Part shown: in pieces, positions 49,290-62,410 of the stretch
Position numbering within the stretch: the stretch's first letter is position 1
How the letters are laid out: each line of letters starts with the position of its first letter
Assembly (NCBI RefSeq): GCF_006345805.1
Contig: NC_042999.1
Location: 139,934,001-139,998,000, forward strand
DNA from: Octopus sinensis
Lineage: Eukaryota
Reading direction: 5' to 3'
DNA length: 64,000 nucleotides
Notes under the pieces: model-generated
The model's input: only the letters and a program-made list of their open reading frames with translations
Told to the model about the DNA's origin: nothing
The model's database searches: none
Program-made: the position numbers and the translations under genes

Positions 49290-49775
49290 TTTTTACTGTA
49301 GTCTTCAGCCATGCTGGGGCACCGTCTTTAAGGATTTTAGTTGAACAAGTCAACTCCAGGATTTGTTTTTTAAAACCTGGTACTTATTCTATCATTTTTT
49401 TTGTTGAACCGCTAAGTTACGGGGACGTAAGCACACCCACACCGGTTGTCAAGCGGTGGTGGTAGACAAATACGCAAATACATGCACCATATATACATAC
49501 ATACATGCATGCATGCATGTATGTATGTATGTATGTATGTATTATGTATGTATGTATGTATGTATGTATGTATGTATGTATGTATGTATTCTTTTATTTG
49601 TTTCCGTCATTTGACTGCGGCCGTGTTGGAGCACCGTCTTTAATCGAACAAATCAACCCCAGGACTTATTCTTTGTAAGCCTAGTACTTATTTTATTGGC
49701 CCGTTTTGCCGAACCGCTAAGTTACAGAGACATAAAAATACCAACATCAGTGACAAGCGATGGTGGCGATGTGTG
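49290..49775 (-). mobile_element. Two SINE-A 3' halves
   Basis: ccatgctggggcaccg...ggttgtcaagcgg (49290-49465) and catttgactgcggccgtg...caacatcag (49590-49775). Confidence 0.8.
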
Positions 49776-49835
49776 TGTGTGTGTGTGTGTCTATATCTAT
49801 CTGTCTGTCTATCTATACACACACACACACACACA

Positions 49836-50120
<285 letters not shown>

Positions 50121-50232
50121 CCTGCGTCATTCGAAGGCTGAAACCAGCGATGTGTAGCAACATCTGATAGCCTGGTCGGTCACGGTGATATATATATATA
50201 TCACCGTGATCATCGTGACCGACCAGGCTATC

Positions 50233-50276
<44 letters not shown>

Positions 50277-50378
50277 ATATATATATACAAATATGTACGA
50301 ATATATATATATACATATATATATACATATATATATATACATATATATATTATATTATATATATATATATATATATAA

Positions 50379-50417
<39 letters not shown>

Positions 50418-50418
50418 C

Positions 50419-50695
50419 ATCTTAGCTGGCAGAAACATTAGCACGCCGGGCGAAATGCTTTGCCTTTCATCTTTTCGGGGTCGATAAATTAAGTACCAGT
50501 TACGCATAGGGGTCGATGTAATCGACTTAATACCTATGTCTGTCCTTGTTTGTCCCCTCTGTGTTTAGCCCCATTCTTCCCTTCTTTCCTGAGCGTCCAA
50601 GGACGTGGAACAATAAAGTACTTAATTTATCGACCCCAAAAGGATGAAAGGCAAAGCATTTCGCCCGGCGTGCTAATGTTTCTGCCAGCTAAGAT
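50419..50695. mobile_element. Composite fold-back: deleted SINE-B, pLTR pieces and an inverted copy of the same deleted SINE
   Basis: Arms 50419-50496 and 50618-50695 share the deletion gaaatgctt|tgcctttc; 50575-50620 derives from the 37551/42925 pLTR family in both orientations. Confidence 0.85.
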
Positions 50696-50807
<112 letters not shown>

Positions 50808-51032
50808 TTAGGGAATGAATCCAAAATTACAGGGAAAAATCAGATTTAGGGTTAAATCCAATTTTATAGTAAAATATTATATAATATTTATTTTATTTAT
50901 TTTATTTATTTATTTAATTTATATTAAAATTTTATGTATTGATTAAGTCTTTTCTTGTTTGGTTTTAAAATAGTGGTTTTGTCTCGAATTATATTATATT
51001 ATATATATATATTATATATATATATATATAAG

Positions 51033-51160
51033 ACGGGCCTCTTTCAGCATCTGTCTACCAAATCCACTTACAAAGCCCGAGACTACAATAGACCCTTGTC
51101 CAAGATGCCACGCAGTGGGATTGAACCCGGGTTCATGTGGTTGAGAAGCCACGCCTGCAC
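51033..51160 (-). mobile_element. SINE-A 5' half
   Basis: ctaccaaatccact...caagatgccacgcagtgggattgaacccggg. Confidence 0.75.
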
Positions 51161-51585
51161 CTATATACATACATACACACATGTGCGAGAGAAAAAGGAA
51201 GAGATAGAGGGAGTGCAGGTGTATATGCATGTATCAGTATATCTGTATATGTCTTTACGAATATGTATTATATAAATGTATTATGTAAATAGTGTTATAT
51301 AAATAGTGTTATTTTCAGACGTGTATAAACTAAAACTGGCAAACATCACTCTCATATACACTCGTATGCGTATTAAAATTGGGCGTACTACCAGTTCATA
51401 CATTCTTTCAAATACATATACGCATTTGATACTCTTCGCAAACATTTGTACACAATATATACGTACACATGTTCTCACCAACAAAGGTATTCGTATATGC
51501 TCATACATATAAACCATACACTTTAATAATAGTAAGAGGCTACATGCGAAGCATCATCAATCATACCATCAGTGATATGTACAAA

Positions 51586-51616
<31 letters not shown>

Positions 51617-52047
51617 TGTATACATGAGGACCTCCAACACCAGTCTCTACTACTACCACCGGTATTCATCTCCTATTACGATGAGGGAGCTTCTACGCAG
51701 TTGCTCAATATAGGAGCCAAATCTTTACTGTCTCTAAAACTAGAGTTGTTGTTTATCTTGACTGGATATGTGATCAGAGGTGCTCCAGCCATGACCAGTT
51801 CGTCTCTCTTGTGCACTGCATATCTACAATTAAATTATACAACTTGCGAGATGTTAGGGTAATATTTGAGGGAGTTGTGACTGTTGTTTATGGTAGGTTA
51901 AGCAACTACGTAAAAGCTCCTTCATTTATTCGTTAAAACTAAGGTTTTCTACATCGATACTCGACCCCTTATATATGACCATCAACAAATAGCTAGTTTT
52001 AAAACGGAGATTTTAACTTTTAAATCGTAGGACAACGTGGTCTACGA

Positions 52048-52358
52048 CAGTGGTTCCCATAGTGGGTGGTATTGCCCCTCCTGGGGGTGGTGGAAAGTTC
52101 CAAGGGGGCGTTGAAGAAAAGTGAGGTGATAATAGAGTAGCGATGCATGTAAAAAGCGGGCGACAATGGGGTAGCGATTCATGTAAAAACAACAAAATAA
52201 TGGGTTCTTTAGGTCAAGTTTTATTTGTGAAATACAGTTGATATAAATTTGCTTCAGGAAGAGGTCTTTGTTTGTGATGGTTATTTGGGATGGGGGCGCT
52301 TAGAATGTAGCCAGGGTGTCAAGGGGGCGTCAGCCAGAAACACGTTTGGGAACCACTA
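52048..52358. mobile_element. hAT-Charlie-like MITE
   Basis: TIRs cagtggttccca / tgggaaccacta; 8-bp TSD gtctacga / gtctacaa. Confidence 0.88.
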
Positions 52359-52974
52359 GTCTACAATAAAGATAGGATGACTACAATAAAAACGTTGATC
52401 AAGTGTTTACAGCTACAACTGTCGAAGTGTTGTACCACACAGGACAAGTTAATTGTACTAGTGGAAAAAGACCTGTGAACAAGCTCCTAGGAGCTTCAAT
52501 ACGGAAACCATCCAGTAATGTCCAGTAAAGTAAAGACAACAAACTAAATTCGGTTATGAAGTTGAAGATAGACTATCATTTTAGTATAGACTTGATAAAT
52601 ATCGATATCTAACGTAAAGACGAGACCGCGATTATTATAATTATTTGTAAGGAAAATGTAGCCTTCTGTTATAAATCCTTCCAGGTTTAGAAAGCTTTGC
52701 CGGAATATTAGGGGAATATTAGAGGAATATTAGTCGATTAAATCGGCGCAGTACCTCACTAATAAAAAGAGGTAAAGTTGATCATGGTGAGATTCGAAAT
52801 CAGAATGTAAAGAGAGATAACTAAATACTGCAAGCATTCGACGTTTTATCAATTCTACCAACCCACCGCCCTCAAATTATGAAAGAATATATTGCAAACA
52901 TCAGCTTAGTTGCTAGTATTCCGCACCTGCACCCGTAAAGTTTTGAATCTGATTGGTTAGGGATTCATTAGCAT

Positions 52975-53560
52975 CAGGAGCTGGCAGGATCGTTAGCACA
53001 CTGGGTGAAATGCTTAGCAGTATTTCGTCTGCTGCTACGTTCTGAGTTCAAATTCCACCGAGGTCGACTTTGCCTTTCATCCTTTCGGGGTCAATAAATT
53101 AAGTACCAGTTACGCACTGGGGTCGATATAATCGACTTAATGAGTTTGTCTGTCCCTGTTTGTCCTCTCTGTGTTTAGCCCCTTGTGGGTAGTAAAGAAA
53201 TAGATATTTCGTCTGCCGCTACGTTCTCAGTTCAAATTCCGCCGAGGTCGACTTTGCCTTTGATCTTTTCGGGGTCGATTAAATACGTACCAGTTACGCA
53301 CTGGGGTCGATATAATCCGTTTGTCCTTGTTTGTCCTCCGTGTTTAGCCCCTTGTGGGTAGTAAAGAAATAGGTATTTCGTCTGCCGTTACGTTCTGTGT
53401 TCAAATTCCGCCGTGGTTGACTTTGCCTTTCATCCTTTCGAGGTCGATAAATTTAGTACCAGTTACATACATACTGGGGTCGATGTACTCGACTTAATCC
53501 CTTTGTCTGTCCTTGTTTGTCCCCTCTATGTTTAACCCCTTGTGTGCAATAAAGAAATAA
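52975..53560 (+). mobile_element. Head-to-tail SINE-B trimer (one full copy plus two identically 5'-truncated units)
   Basis: Units start at ~52975, 53204 and 53373; both junctions read aaagaaatag|(g/a)tatttcgtctgccg. Confidence 0.92.
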
Positions 53561-54685
53561 AATACATTCACCATCCACAACAACGGCTCTCATCAAAACT
53601 TTCCCCTCACCACCACCATCACCAGAGAGAGATAGACAGATGAAAAGGTGGATCGTCCACAGTATTTGACAATTTTATTTCGTCGACCTCAGAAAGCTGA
53701 ACGGCAAAGATTTGAACTCAGAGCAGATTACCGGAACAGTTACTGCAAGGCATATATTACATGAAGCTTATACCCGACTGCTAATTCGCCGCCTATTACA
53801 TTACTACTTGTTATCATCATTAGCACACGTAGCTTCACAGATTCCCATTTTGTGGAGCCTAAACTGAATTCTTTTGAATTGTAACTAATCCCCCTGCAGA
53901 GGAATAGTTGAATAAAAGGAAAACAGGGGCAAAGTTAAGAAGAAACGGAATTTACAGAAGCCAGAAATAACTTCCTTTATCTCATATACCATCCAGAATA
54001 CAAACTATTGGTTGCTTAATATATTCCTAGTGGGCTACAAAAAAAGGCATGAACGTCATACATTCTCATTTCTCTACCTCACATAAGTTTGAAAACTTAT
54101 GTTTATGTAACAAAGTAAGATATTTTTAATAGAACTAATTAAAACAGAATTCTTATACGTAATGTTTAGAATTGTGAAAACAAAATACATTATTATAGAA
54201 TGAATTTAAACATGGAGTTGAAAATATAATCAGAGAAAGGAAAAGAAATGAAGTTTTATTTTTTTCTCTATTTATAACCAAATTATATCTGTTTATCCAA
54301 TGTTTTCCATTAACTTTCGAAATAAGAAATTATCTTTAATTTATTTAGAAAAGTGAACAGTTGAGTTATGTGATTGCTGGAAGGAGATAAGCTATAGGTA
54401 ATTATAATTTAGAAAAACTGTAAATTTGTAGAAATCACCACATACAACTTAATTCGAGCTGATGAGCGGAAAAGTTTTCTTTTAGGAGAATGTAAGGAAT
54501 TTTTCTTTTTCCTTTCTTTTGGCTATTGATGTCCAAGACTACATAGGAGTAGCTAGATGTGCCACCCGGAGCAGCGCTTCAGTTTGTCTTTCCCTCATCC
54601 ACCAACCCCAAGCCTATCAGGGCTTATAAAACTAAAACTCAAAATTATCGAGCCCCATCCATAAAATTGTCGCCGGGGTTGACCG

Positions 54686-55106
54686 GGATCTTTTCGGTTT
54701 GAACGGCAGTTTTTTCTAGCGGTGTCATTTGAAATTGTCACCCATAATTAAGACCCTAGTATCGATCTATTGCATTTCAGTCTGTTTTAGGATTAGGGTT
54801 AGTTAGGGTTAGGGGTGGGGGAAGGGTATCTTTTTTTCTTCACAAATGTAAATAAACCCAATCTGTTTCTTAAACGAGGGACATATTCATACGGCACAAA
54901 ATGTTTTTTTTACCTCAATGGACGTCATTGATTGGTTGAAATTGAAGAAAAATCAACAACAAATATCTTACAAACTATAGAATTTTCTCAATAAAGCCAA
55001 GAGAAAAATATGTTTTAAAAAACACATTCTACCAGTATACGAAGTTTAAAATTTTTTAGTTACCTAGAAATTATGTTAAAAACTGCCGTTCAAACCAAAA
55101 AGATCC
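54686..55106. mobile_element. Non-autonomous DNA transposon, GGATCTTTT family, ~30-bp TIRs, 8-bp TSD
   Basis: ggatcttttcggtttgaacggcagttttt / aaaaactgccgttcaaaccaaaaagatcc; TSD gttgaccg / gtggaccg. Confidence 0.88.
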
Positions 55107-56439
55107 GTGGACCGTACCCATCCACAGCTACCTTACTGTATGACCGTCGTGTCATATCTTTTCTTCTTCTTCAAGACTAACGTACATTATCCAATGTGTC
55201 ATTTTTTTCACAGTTGTGACTGTTATTTCTAGCAGTTCGAGCGACTGCATACAAGCTTCATCGTTGCTCGTCTTGCATTTGGTAGAATGATTCAATGTTA
55301 AACATACATTTTTTTTACCTTTTCAAATTTAGTCCAAGGCAACAGAGGCGTAACTAGAGGGTGTGCTACCCGGAGTAGTGCTTCAGTTTGTCTTTCCTTC
55401 ATCCACCAACCCCTATCAGGACTTATAAAACCGACTCAAAATTGTCGACCCTTATCCCTAAAAGTAGAATGATTAAGTGTTAAACATACATTGTTTTTTT
55501 TTTGTTTTTTTACCTTTTCAAATTCAGTACTTGATGCAAGTTGGCATTCTAAAACTGGTTGGTAGAGCTGTTAACAGACGAAAATATTCCAGTTAAACTT
55601 GTTTAATTTAAAAGTTAAAGCGGCGAATTGGGAGAATAGTTAGAACGTTGCTATACTGCTGAGCGTTTCTTCTTCCGACTCTCTGTATTCTGAATTTAAA
55701 TCTCACCGAGGTCAGCTTTGTCTTTCATCATTTGTTTTTGGCGGGGTGAGACAGAGGAGTGTTGCGACCAAATCTTCTCGTTTTATCTCGCTCTCTTTCT
55801 CGATTATATTTGTAATTCAAATTTCCAGCCTTGTCACATTGTGTCGCTCTGATTCGGTCTGAGAATTGTGTCTGTGCAATATTTAGTCGCTAACCTGTTG
55901 ATTTCAAGAGTAGGATAATAAAAATCATGTTTTGTCGGTGTGAGAGACAACCAACTCTTTGCTGTTTATTAATGTTCTTTAACCCTATGTCAGTTTTCCT
56001 GTAGGTCTGTAGTTAAAGACGTCCTTGACATTTTTCTTGTGTGTGTGCATATGTATGTGCGTGTGGGTAAACTTTTCGTTTAGCGAATGTGCGTGTCGCG
56101 TCAGTTCAAAAGTGGGAATGCTTTGTTACTGTTTTTATGTGTGTGGGGCGTGTGTATATGTGATTGTGGACATGTGTCCGTGCAGGAACCTCGAAATAGA
56201 GAATCAATGAAATGTTTTACAAATTTTCACTACACTTCTATTCAGTTGTAGTTGGAGAATACGAATCAATCTGCTCTGTTCGTTTTGAGAGAACACAAGC
56301 ATTTCTAGGTCTTTTAATGCAGATCTGTTGTTACGTAACCCTGTGCATCTACATATGTAACAAAATGTCTGTGTGCGTGTCCTTTATACAAATCCTGTTT
56401 TTATTGGAATGTTCCACCAGTTTTCTTTATTTTTAAATA

Positions 56440-56987
56440 TGTGGATACTTTCCGATTCTGGTGTACCTTTCGTATGGCCGTCAGAACAAGCTTTCCGTGT
56501 ATACATCGTAGACTGTTTTAACGACAATGGTATGTCCCATAGAACGATTACTGTCCTGTGGACATTTTTGATACCATCTCATCATATGTGTGATGTCTTT
56601 CACTCTAGTATAGTACGGTCAACATTTCTATCACAACATGGATATCTAGAAGCATCCTTATCTCTTTTGTTGAATAGGTATTTACTAGTTATGTTGGTCA
56701 GCAAAGGTGTAACCTTCTAATGAGATGTGGTGTAGTTATCGCAAGTCCAGGAGAGACTTCTATTCCTGTTGATGTTGTTGGTATTCTCTAGCTTGCGAGG
56801 TATGTGCCTATACGCAACTTTCTGTTGTTATGATGATAAGTATCTGTCCTCTAAGTTTCTGTTTTAAGCAGATCAGTCCAGCCACCCTTGGTTCACATGG
56901 AACAGTTGTACACTCAGAGCGTCTGTTCAGGAGTTCGCCAAATTCCATGCTATTTTGTCTTCGCTCTTGAATATATTTATATGTGTT

Positions 56988-57040
<53 letters not shown>

Positions 57041-57715
57041 TAAACGTCCGTTGTCCATGCTGGCATGGCTTGGACGGTTTGATCAGGATTGGCAAGTTGG
57101 AAGGCTGCACCAGACTCCAGTCTGTTTTGGCATGGTTTCTACAGCCGGATGCCCTTCCTAACGTCAACCACTCTGAGAGTGTAATGGGTGCTTTTACGTA
57201 CCACCGGCACGGGTACCATTTGCGTGACACCAGTATCTGTCACAACTGCAGTTTTACTTGGCTTCGTGAGTCGTCTTCTCAAGCACGGCATAATGCCAAA
57301 TGGATTCGGTCCTTGTCTCCGTAGGCATACACACTATTCCATAGAATCTCTAGGACTACATTATTCAATGCTCTTTTTATCCTGATAGATCGTAATTTGA
57401 GGGGGAATTTGTCTGCTATCGCTTGTAAGATGAGCAGCCACGTAGAGTGAGTTGCGTGCTCATTTCTTTCTTTACTGTTTTGTAGGTATTGCGTTAGTGA
57501 TATGATGCAGCACTCAAAGGCCATCTGGACTGATCTTATGCCTCTACCTCCATCCCTCCGTTTAACATAGATCCTTTCAGTGTCGTAGATTATATGGAAG
57601 TTTCTAGTCATTGTTAGTATTTTCCTAGTCATGATCCCAAATGTTAGTACTAGCACTGGTATTGTGAAAGCATTGTGAGATATGGTTTTATTGAATGCTG
57701 ACTACTCTAACTGAC
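56440..57715 (-). mobile_element. R4/Dong-like RLE LINE relic interrupted by a SINE-like insertion
   Basis: NAFTIPVLVLTFG, TRKILTMTRNFH..DTERIYVKRRDGGRGI, RSLSW, TSKYLFNKRDKD, KDITHM and KCPQ...VKTVY. Confidence 0.75.
56985..57450 (-). mobile_element. SINE-like repeat (SINE-C) with (GAT)n tail
   Basis: aacgtccgttgtccatgctggcatgg...ggatgcccttcctaacg...gagcagccacgtaga; second copy at 57985-58475. Confidence 0.8.
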
Positions 57716-57899
57716 ATACCTTCCGATGTCTGCAGAAGTATTCTTCTGTCGTTATAGTTTTACTCACAACACCAACATATGCAATATTCTAGTCGTTTTC
57801 GAGGTATTTGCAATATTCATCACTAGAGATAGGAACGACAGAGATATCATTGTTCCTTGCCTAATGTTTCGACAACCGTACTTACTAAGTTTGTATGTA

Positions 57900-57934
<35 letters not shown>

Positions 57935-57984
57935 TTGTATGTGTATGTGCGTGCTTTATGTACATGTGTTTGTATGTATTTATA

Positions 57985-58475
57985 TGTTTTCATCATCATC
58001 ATCATCGTCATCATTATCATCACTATTAACCGTCCGTTGTCCATGCTGGCATGGGTTGGATGGTTTGACCAGGGCTGGCAAGCTGGAAGGCTGCACCAGA
58101 TTCCAGTCTGTTTTGGCATGGTTCCTACGGCTTGAGGTCTTTCCTAACGCCCACCACGCCGAAAGTGGAATGGGTGCTTTCACATACCACCAGCACGGGT
58201 GCCACCTGTCACAACTGCAGTTTTACTTGGCTTGACGAATTTTCTCAAACACAGCATAATACCAAATCGACTCGGTCATTGCCTCTATGAGGCCTAGTGC
58301 TCAAAGCATAGCATAATGTCAAATGGTCTCGGTCCTTGTCTCCATGGGCATGCATACTATTCCATAGATACTCTAGGACTTCATTATTCAATGCTCTTTT
58401 TATTCTGATAGGGCGTAACTTGAGGGGAAATTTGTCTGCTGTCACTTGTAAGTTGAGCAGCCATGTAGACTGAGG
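57985..58475 (-). mobile_element. SINE-C second copy
   Basis: Colinear with 56985-57450. Confidence 0.8.
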
Positions 58476-59849
58476 TGTAGTGAATGCCCTACATAAATTC
58501 TTAACATATTGAAAATTTCCTATGTTGTCAGACAGAAAACAAATACTTTACAGCAGTTGTAAGTGACTTGTACAAAAAAAAAAAAAGAAAAAAAGAGCAG
58601 GAAACAATTCTGAATCAGATTTGCATGCTAGGGAAAGGAAAATCTGATGTTTGTTTTCTGGCAGAGGACAACCATAGAGATACGTTTCAGACTTTTTATT
58701 GACCTTATCAGCATTGTTCAAGTCCTGCCTTGCATGCTGATCAGTTTTTTACATTTTTTTTTTTTACATATGTAAAAAAAAGGTTGTGTACATTTTCAGC
58801 CAAATGTTAATTTGCACAATTAACAATAAAAGAAAGTTAGAAACAAAAAACAAAACAAGACAAAACAAACAAAACAAAACAAAAAAAATTCAAAGAGGTC
58901 AATCGCCTGAGTTTTTAATGCTAGAAGTCAATTGTAAGTGAAAAACAAAGCTGCATTTGAATGTTTTCATGCACTGTATGACAGTAAAGGACTGAAGATG
59001 CCACAACACAAGCAAACATGAGCATGACAGAAAATGTAAATTACATTAATGTAAATGATGTTATTTCAATTGAGTTTTGGTACAAATTTACTTTTGTAGC
59101 TCTCTCTCTCACACGCACGCACACACACACACTAAAAAGCAAACTGAAAACAAAGCCAAAAAATATCTATCAACTTCAGAAAATAAGCATAAATACTATT
59201 TAAAAGCAATTACTGCCCTCAACCACTTGATAAGATTGACTGATATTCCAGTGTGAAAACAGATGTCCAGGCTATATAATACTGGACATGCATCCTTCTA
59301 GCATGCTACTATATTGAAGACAGCTTAAATCAGATGCATCCTTGTTTGACTGGCTTTGATTTGTTGTGTAATTTTTTCAAGTAATTTTATTAAACTGGAG
59401 AGCCTCAACTGATTTTTCTAAGGTATTCAGAAACAAATATTTTCAAAACTTTGAATTAAAAACAGAAATTTGAAAGATGTAAGAACAAAATGTTAAAACT
59501 AGTTTCTTACATTAGAATATAAACTGAAATTTAAAGGGTGATAATGGGAAAATAGTTAATTGAATCAGCCTCAGTACATGATAAGTATTTATTTAATTAA
59601 AATCAATGAGACAAAAGGCAAAGTTTGCTCTGATATAAATTTAATTCAATGCATAAAGAGATGAAACTAAACACTGAGACAGTTTAATGCTCAGCAAGAG
59701 AACATGCTTAGAACTGTTTTCTTTTACATTAAGAAAAACTTATTTGGGCTGTTGCTGTATTAATTTAAGCAAAGAGAATTTAGACATTCTCATTAGAAAA
59801 AAGTTTATATTAAGATTACAAGCAATTGCTAATTAGTAATTTTCGAAAT

Positions 59850-60073
59850 TTATTTCTTTATTGCCCACAGGAGGTTAAACATAGAGGGAACAAATAAAGG
59901 GATTAAGTTGATTACATCTATCCCAGTGCATAACTAGTACTTATTTAATTGACCCCGAAAAGATGAAAGGCGAAGTCAACCTTGATGGAATTTGAACTCT
60001 GAATGTAATGGCAGACGAAATACCACTAAGCATTTCACCCAGTGTGCTAATGATTCTGCCAGCTTGCCGCCTT
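59850..60073 (-). mobile_element. SINE-B copy (Tx1-like tail) with strong CpG decay
   Basis: ttatttctttattgcccacaggaggttaaac tail; head catttcacccagtgtgctaatgattctgccagc. Confidence 0.88.
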
Positions 60074-60699
60074 CCAATAATTTTAGAAATTAGTTTCAGC
60101 TATTAGGAGGTAATTAAAAGTTAATTTTAGCTGTCATGAAAATCCCTCCTATAGATTGTTAATGGAGTTAAATTGCACATTAAATGTTACATATCAAGTG
60201 TAACTTGATTTCATTGGACATTGAGGCTTTTTCCAGATGATAATGATGATTCCCCCGCCTTACTCCTCCTCCTTCCTCTTCATTTTTCTTCTTCTTCTTC
60301 TTCTTCTTCTTTTTTCAATATAGTAAGTACTACTGTTGTACTAGGGATCATTGAAAAACCACTATACGCTAAGTCACCTACAATTGTAAATTCATTTGTA
60401 GACTCATTTTTTGTGGGCTAAGTATATCTTGGACATGGACTCATCATAGTGCTAGTAATAGAAGACAAACCACTGACCACTCAGATTACTCCCTTGTTAG
60501 CTTTGTTCTTCCACAGTTTCTGGTAGTGGTCACATCAAAGGCAGGCAAATTGAACTTGATGGGAGCCTGACAATTGTTGTTTCTCTTTTAGTTCATTGTT
60601 CTGGAATATTAACTGATATATACTGCAGATACTTATGTATAAATGTGTTCATATGTTGTCTTGGTTGAATGAGAGAGATAAGCATTTTTAGGATATTGT

Positions 60700-61100
60700 T
60701 CTTTAGAAGTTAAAATATGCCACATACAGTGTTGATATTTAGGGGCTGAAGTTTGAGGTTTTCCTGTGGTGCACTGCACATGTCAAGGTGGCCTTTAATA
60801 TTTAATATGGGGTTTCTAAATGTGATCTATGAACAGGCTGTGAGATCATATAATGTGCTGTTTTGTAGTTTATTATGGTTTATTGAGGAGAGATCGTGGG
60901 TCCAGTCAAGGTTGGCATACTCCATGATGGATCTAATTTATTGTTTGTATATCATTGTTGTAGCTTCTTTCTGTTGGCTAAATATGATGTCTGAGGTTGA
61001 TCTTAGTATATTTGTGTGCCATTTTGCTTTCTTTGCTATGTCTTCTATGCATGCTCTGAATGTTATGGGGTGTTGTATGAACTTTAGTATTTTTGTCTCT
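60700..61100 (-). mobile_element. I-group/Jockey-type LINE RT C-terminal relic
   Basis: ITFRACIEDIAKKAK...TMIYKQ*IRSIMEYAN and QNSTL resemble HI..I.KKA...YK..IRS.MEY...QN.ALR. Confidence 0.5.
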
Positions 61101-61379
61101 GTATGTGTATGTGTGGAATGTATACAAATATGAGGATTGGCTGTCACAGGAGCTTCTACTCTCCCTATTATATAAAGCAGCTAAATCTCAGCCTCCTATC
61201 TAAAAAATGAGGGTGATAGCAATTGCTTGTAGTGATGATGAGGAAGGGGGTTGAGTAGTAGTAATGGTGTTGATGTGATGGTTGGATGTTCAGGTGAGTG
61301 TTATGGTTGGGTTGATAATGATGCCAGTATTGATAAAGTTGTGGTAGTGTTTGTGATATTTTGGGGGATAATTGTGTTG

Positions 61380-62410
61380 GTTGTTGTTTAGCCTAGATCA
61401 GCTCTGATCAAGATTTCTAAAGCATTTAGTCGAATCAATTGCTGCTACTGTTGTTGTCTAGCCCCAGGCCAAACCTTATCCACCTGAACTATGATCAAAG
61501 ACAGTCTTGCCGTAGCCTTTCTGCCTTTTTAGCATATTTAGAACTAAATCATCTAATCTGACCTTTCTTTATTTAAGACTGTAGGGTTAGATTTAAGGGA
61601 GATTTGGCTGTAATTTTTAACCACTGAGTAATCAAATAGAGGCTATTTTGTCGAACAACTAGATGTGATCCACAGATCTATTGTTAATCCATTATGTGAT
61701 TCACAGTTTTAGCATCATCAGCTGGATCTACGGACCCAGATAATAAGAGTTAAGTTGATTAACATTGTAATTATTTAGTTCTAGGTCAGCACTGGAAACA
61801 TTCCAACCATGACAACTAGCATTTTTGTTGTTGGGCATAGTGTATCTAGAACTATTTAGAGTGTGGATTCAAAGAAAGATTTGGCTTCTGTTCCCAACAG
61901 ATATAGTGATTCTAGAGATGCTCACTTGTCAGCTTGTTCAGTTTATAGTTATTGTGCTCAAGGTCAGATTTGATTGAGAAAACCTATGATCAAGGAAAGA
62001 TACTCCAGTTGTGACCATCACATCTAGTATTCAGACAATATAACTAGGACTTTATTATCTAATGTTTCTTTCCTTCCATTTATAAGGTAAAGAGATTTAG
62101 TTACTATCTCTAGTAGGTTGATTGACCACATCAGATGCCCTCTTGTTAGGATAAATGTTCTGATTTGATATTGTTTTCTTCATTGATATTTTGTGGCTTG
62201 CTATCCAATGAATATGAATGTAAAATGTGTAGCTTTTATTTGAAAGTTTATTGAAGGAGATTTAGCTTTTATATAGAAAATATTAGTGATGATGGTAATG
62301 ATGATGATGATGGTGATGACAATGATTTGTTGTTGTTGCTGTTGTTGTTTAATCCCAGATTGAGTGGACTTAAGATCAAAAGCATTCCAGTTACAACAAA
62401 CCTGTTTTAC
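61380..62410. repeat. Cluster of several decayed copies of one interspersed repeat (SINE-C 5' module)
   Basis: Recurrent gtttagcc.cag.tca...ctatgatcaa...ttccag...gac...gatttggct at ~61385, 61460, 61780, 61945 and 62345; related pieces at 24215-24390, 51770-51920 and 55170-55265. Confidence 0.6.

Noticed and set aside
52975-53560. CRISPR-like or satellite array
   Set aside because: The units are 170-230-bp SINE copies with no short repeat/unique spacer pattern, and the context is eukaryotic.
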